Positions 63,401-64,000 of a DNA stretch of 64,000 nucleotides are shown piece by piece. Position 1 is the stretch's first letter. Every line of letters starts with the position of its first letter. The stretch is from NCBI RefSeq assembly GCF_964355755.1, contig NC_092674.1, forward strand, positions 6,572,001 through 6,636,000, read 5' to 3'. The notes under the pieces are model-generated. The model did not search any database, was not told the DNA's origin, and was given only the letters and a program-made list of their open reading frames with translations. Position numbers and translations under genes: made by a program. Source of the stretch: Antedon mediterranea. Lineage: Eukaryota; Animalia; Echinodermata.

Positions 63401-64000
63401 TTTAATTATGTAGTCATCGTACTTATACATGAAGCAGAACATCTTTAAATTCTTTTATGCAATATGTTTTCTAAACTATATAATAATTAATAATCACTTA
63501 AGTGTATTATAATAGCGATTATCTACTTAATGTTAATGATCATAATCTGTGCGTGGTCAAAACGCATACGTTGAACGGTCAATTATTACTTTTAAAAACG
63601 GCCAGAGTTTGACCATACGGTATGAAATATGCATGGCTTGTTACGACGAATCAATCACTTCTTAATCTGAGTTAAGATAATGATAAATCTATATAAATTT
63701 GTAAAAAACATCAATGTCAATATGTTGCGTTTGCGCGGGTCACATAACTAATGGTAAAGAGTTTGTTTCTAGATTATTTAATGTTTCAGCGATGGATAAA
63801 AACATGGGTTTGTTACTTCTATTCTCGGTGATTGAAGTATATTATTCATGATAGATTACCGGTATATAGTATAACCATAACATGTTTTTTGTGACGTTTC
63901 ATGAGGGGTCCCCAACTTATGTACGAAAAGAATTATCGCGGCCTGGGACGTTTCGGCGCAAGGACTATTCGGCCCAGAAACGTTTTGTCCCCGAGACGTT

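Noticed and set aside
30000-64000. Numerous 60-117 aa ORFs in the ORF track
   Set aside because: Mostly non-ATG starts, low-complexity composition, overlap with repeats, and no domain signatures or consistent exon chains.

Overview
AT-rich, intron-containing animal genomic DNA. It looks like an invertebrate, plausibly an echinoderm, but that is inferred from repeat style and gene content, not proven. Three spliced genes can be assembled by hand: (1) a 6-exon mitochondrial ribosomal protein L28 gene on + (4765-7845); (2) a complete 5-exon PDGF/VEGF-family growth factor gene on - (19640-9877) with signal peptide, cystine knot and CXCXC repeats; (3) a tandem paralogue on - (28427-24929) with the same intron phases, whose signal-peptide exon could not be placed. 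Two APE+RT LINE retrotransposons are present (1-2845 on +, and about 11667-15300 on -, the latter inside intron 3 of the first VEGF gene). There are also many Harbinger/Tourist-type MITEs, SINEs and minisatellites. The stretch from about 29 to 64 kb shows no credible coding exons. The most intriguing observation is in the second VEGF gene: its TGA stop lies in a perfect 14-bp palindrome and is followed by an 80-codon in-frame open basic extension. The extension restores a tail length similar to the paralogue and is reminiscent of the read-through isoform VEGF-Ax of mammals.
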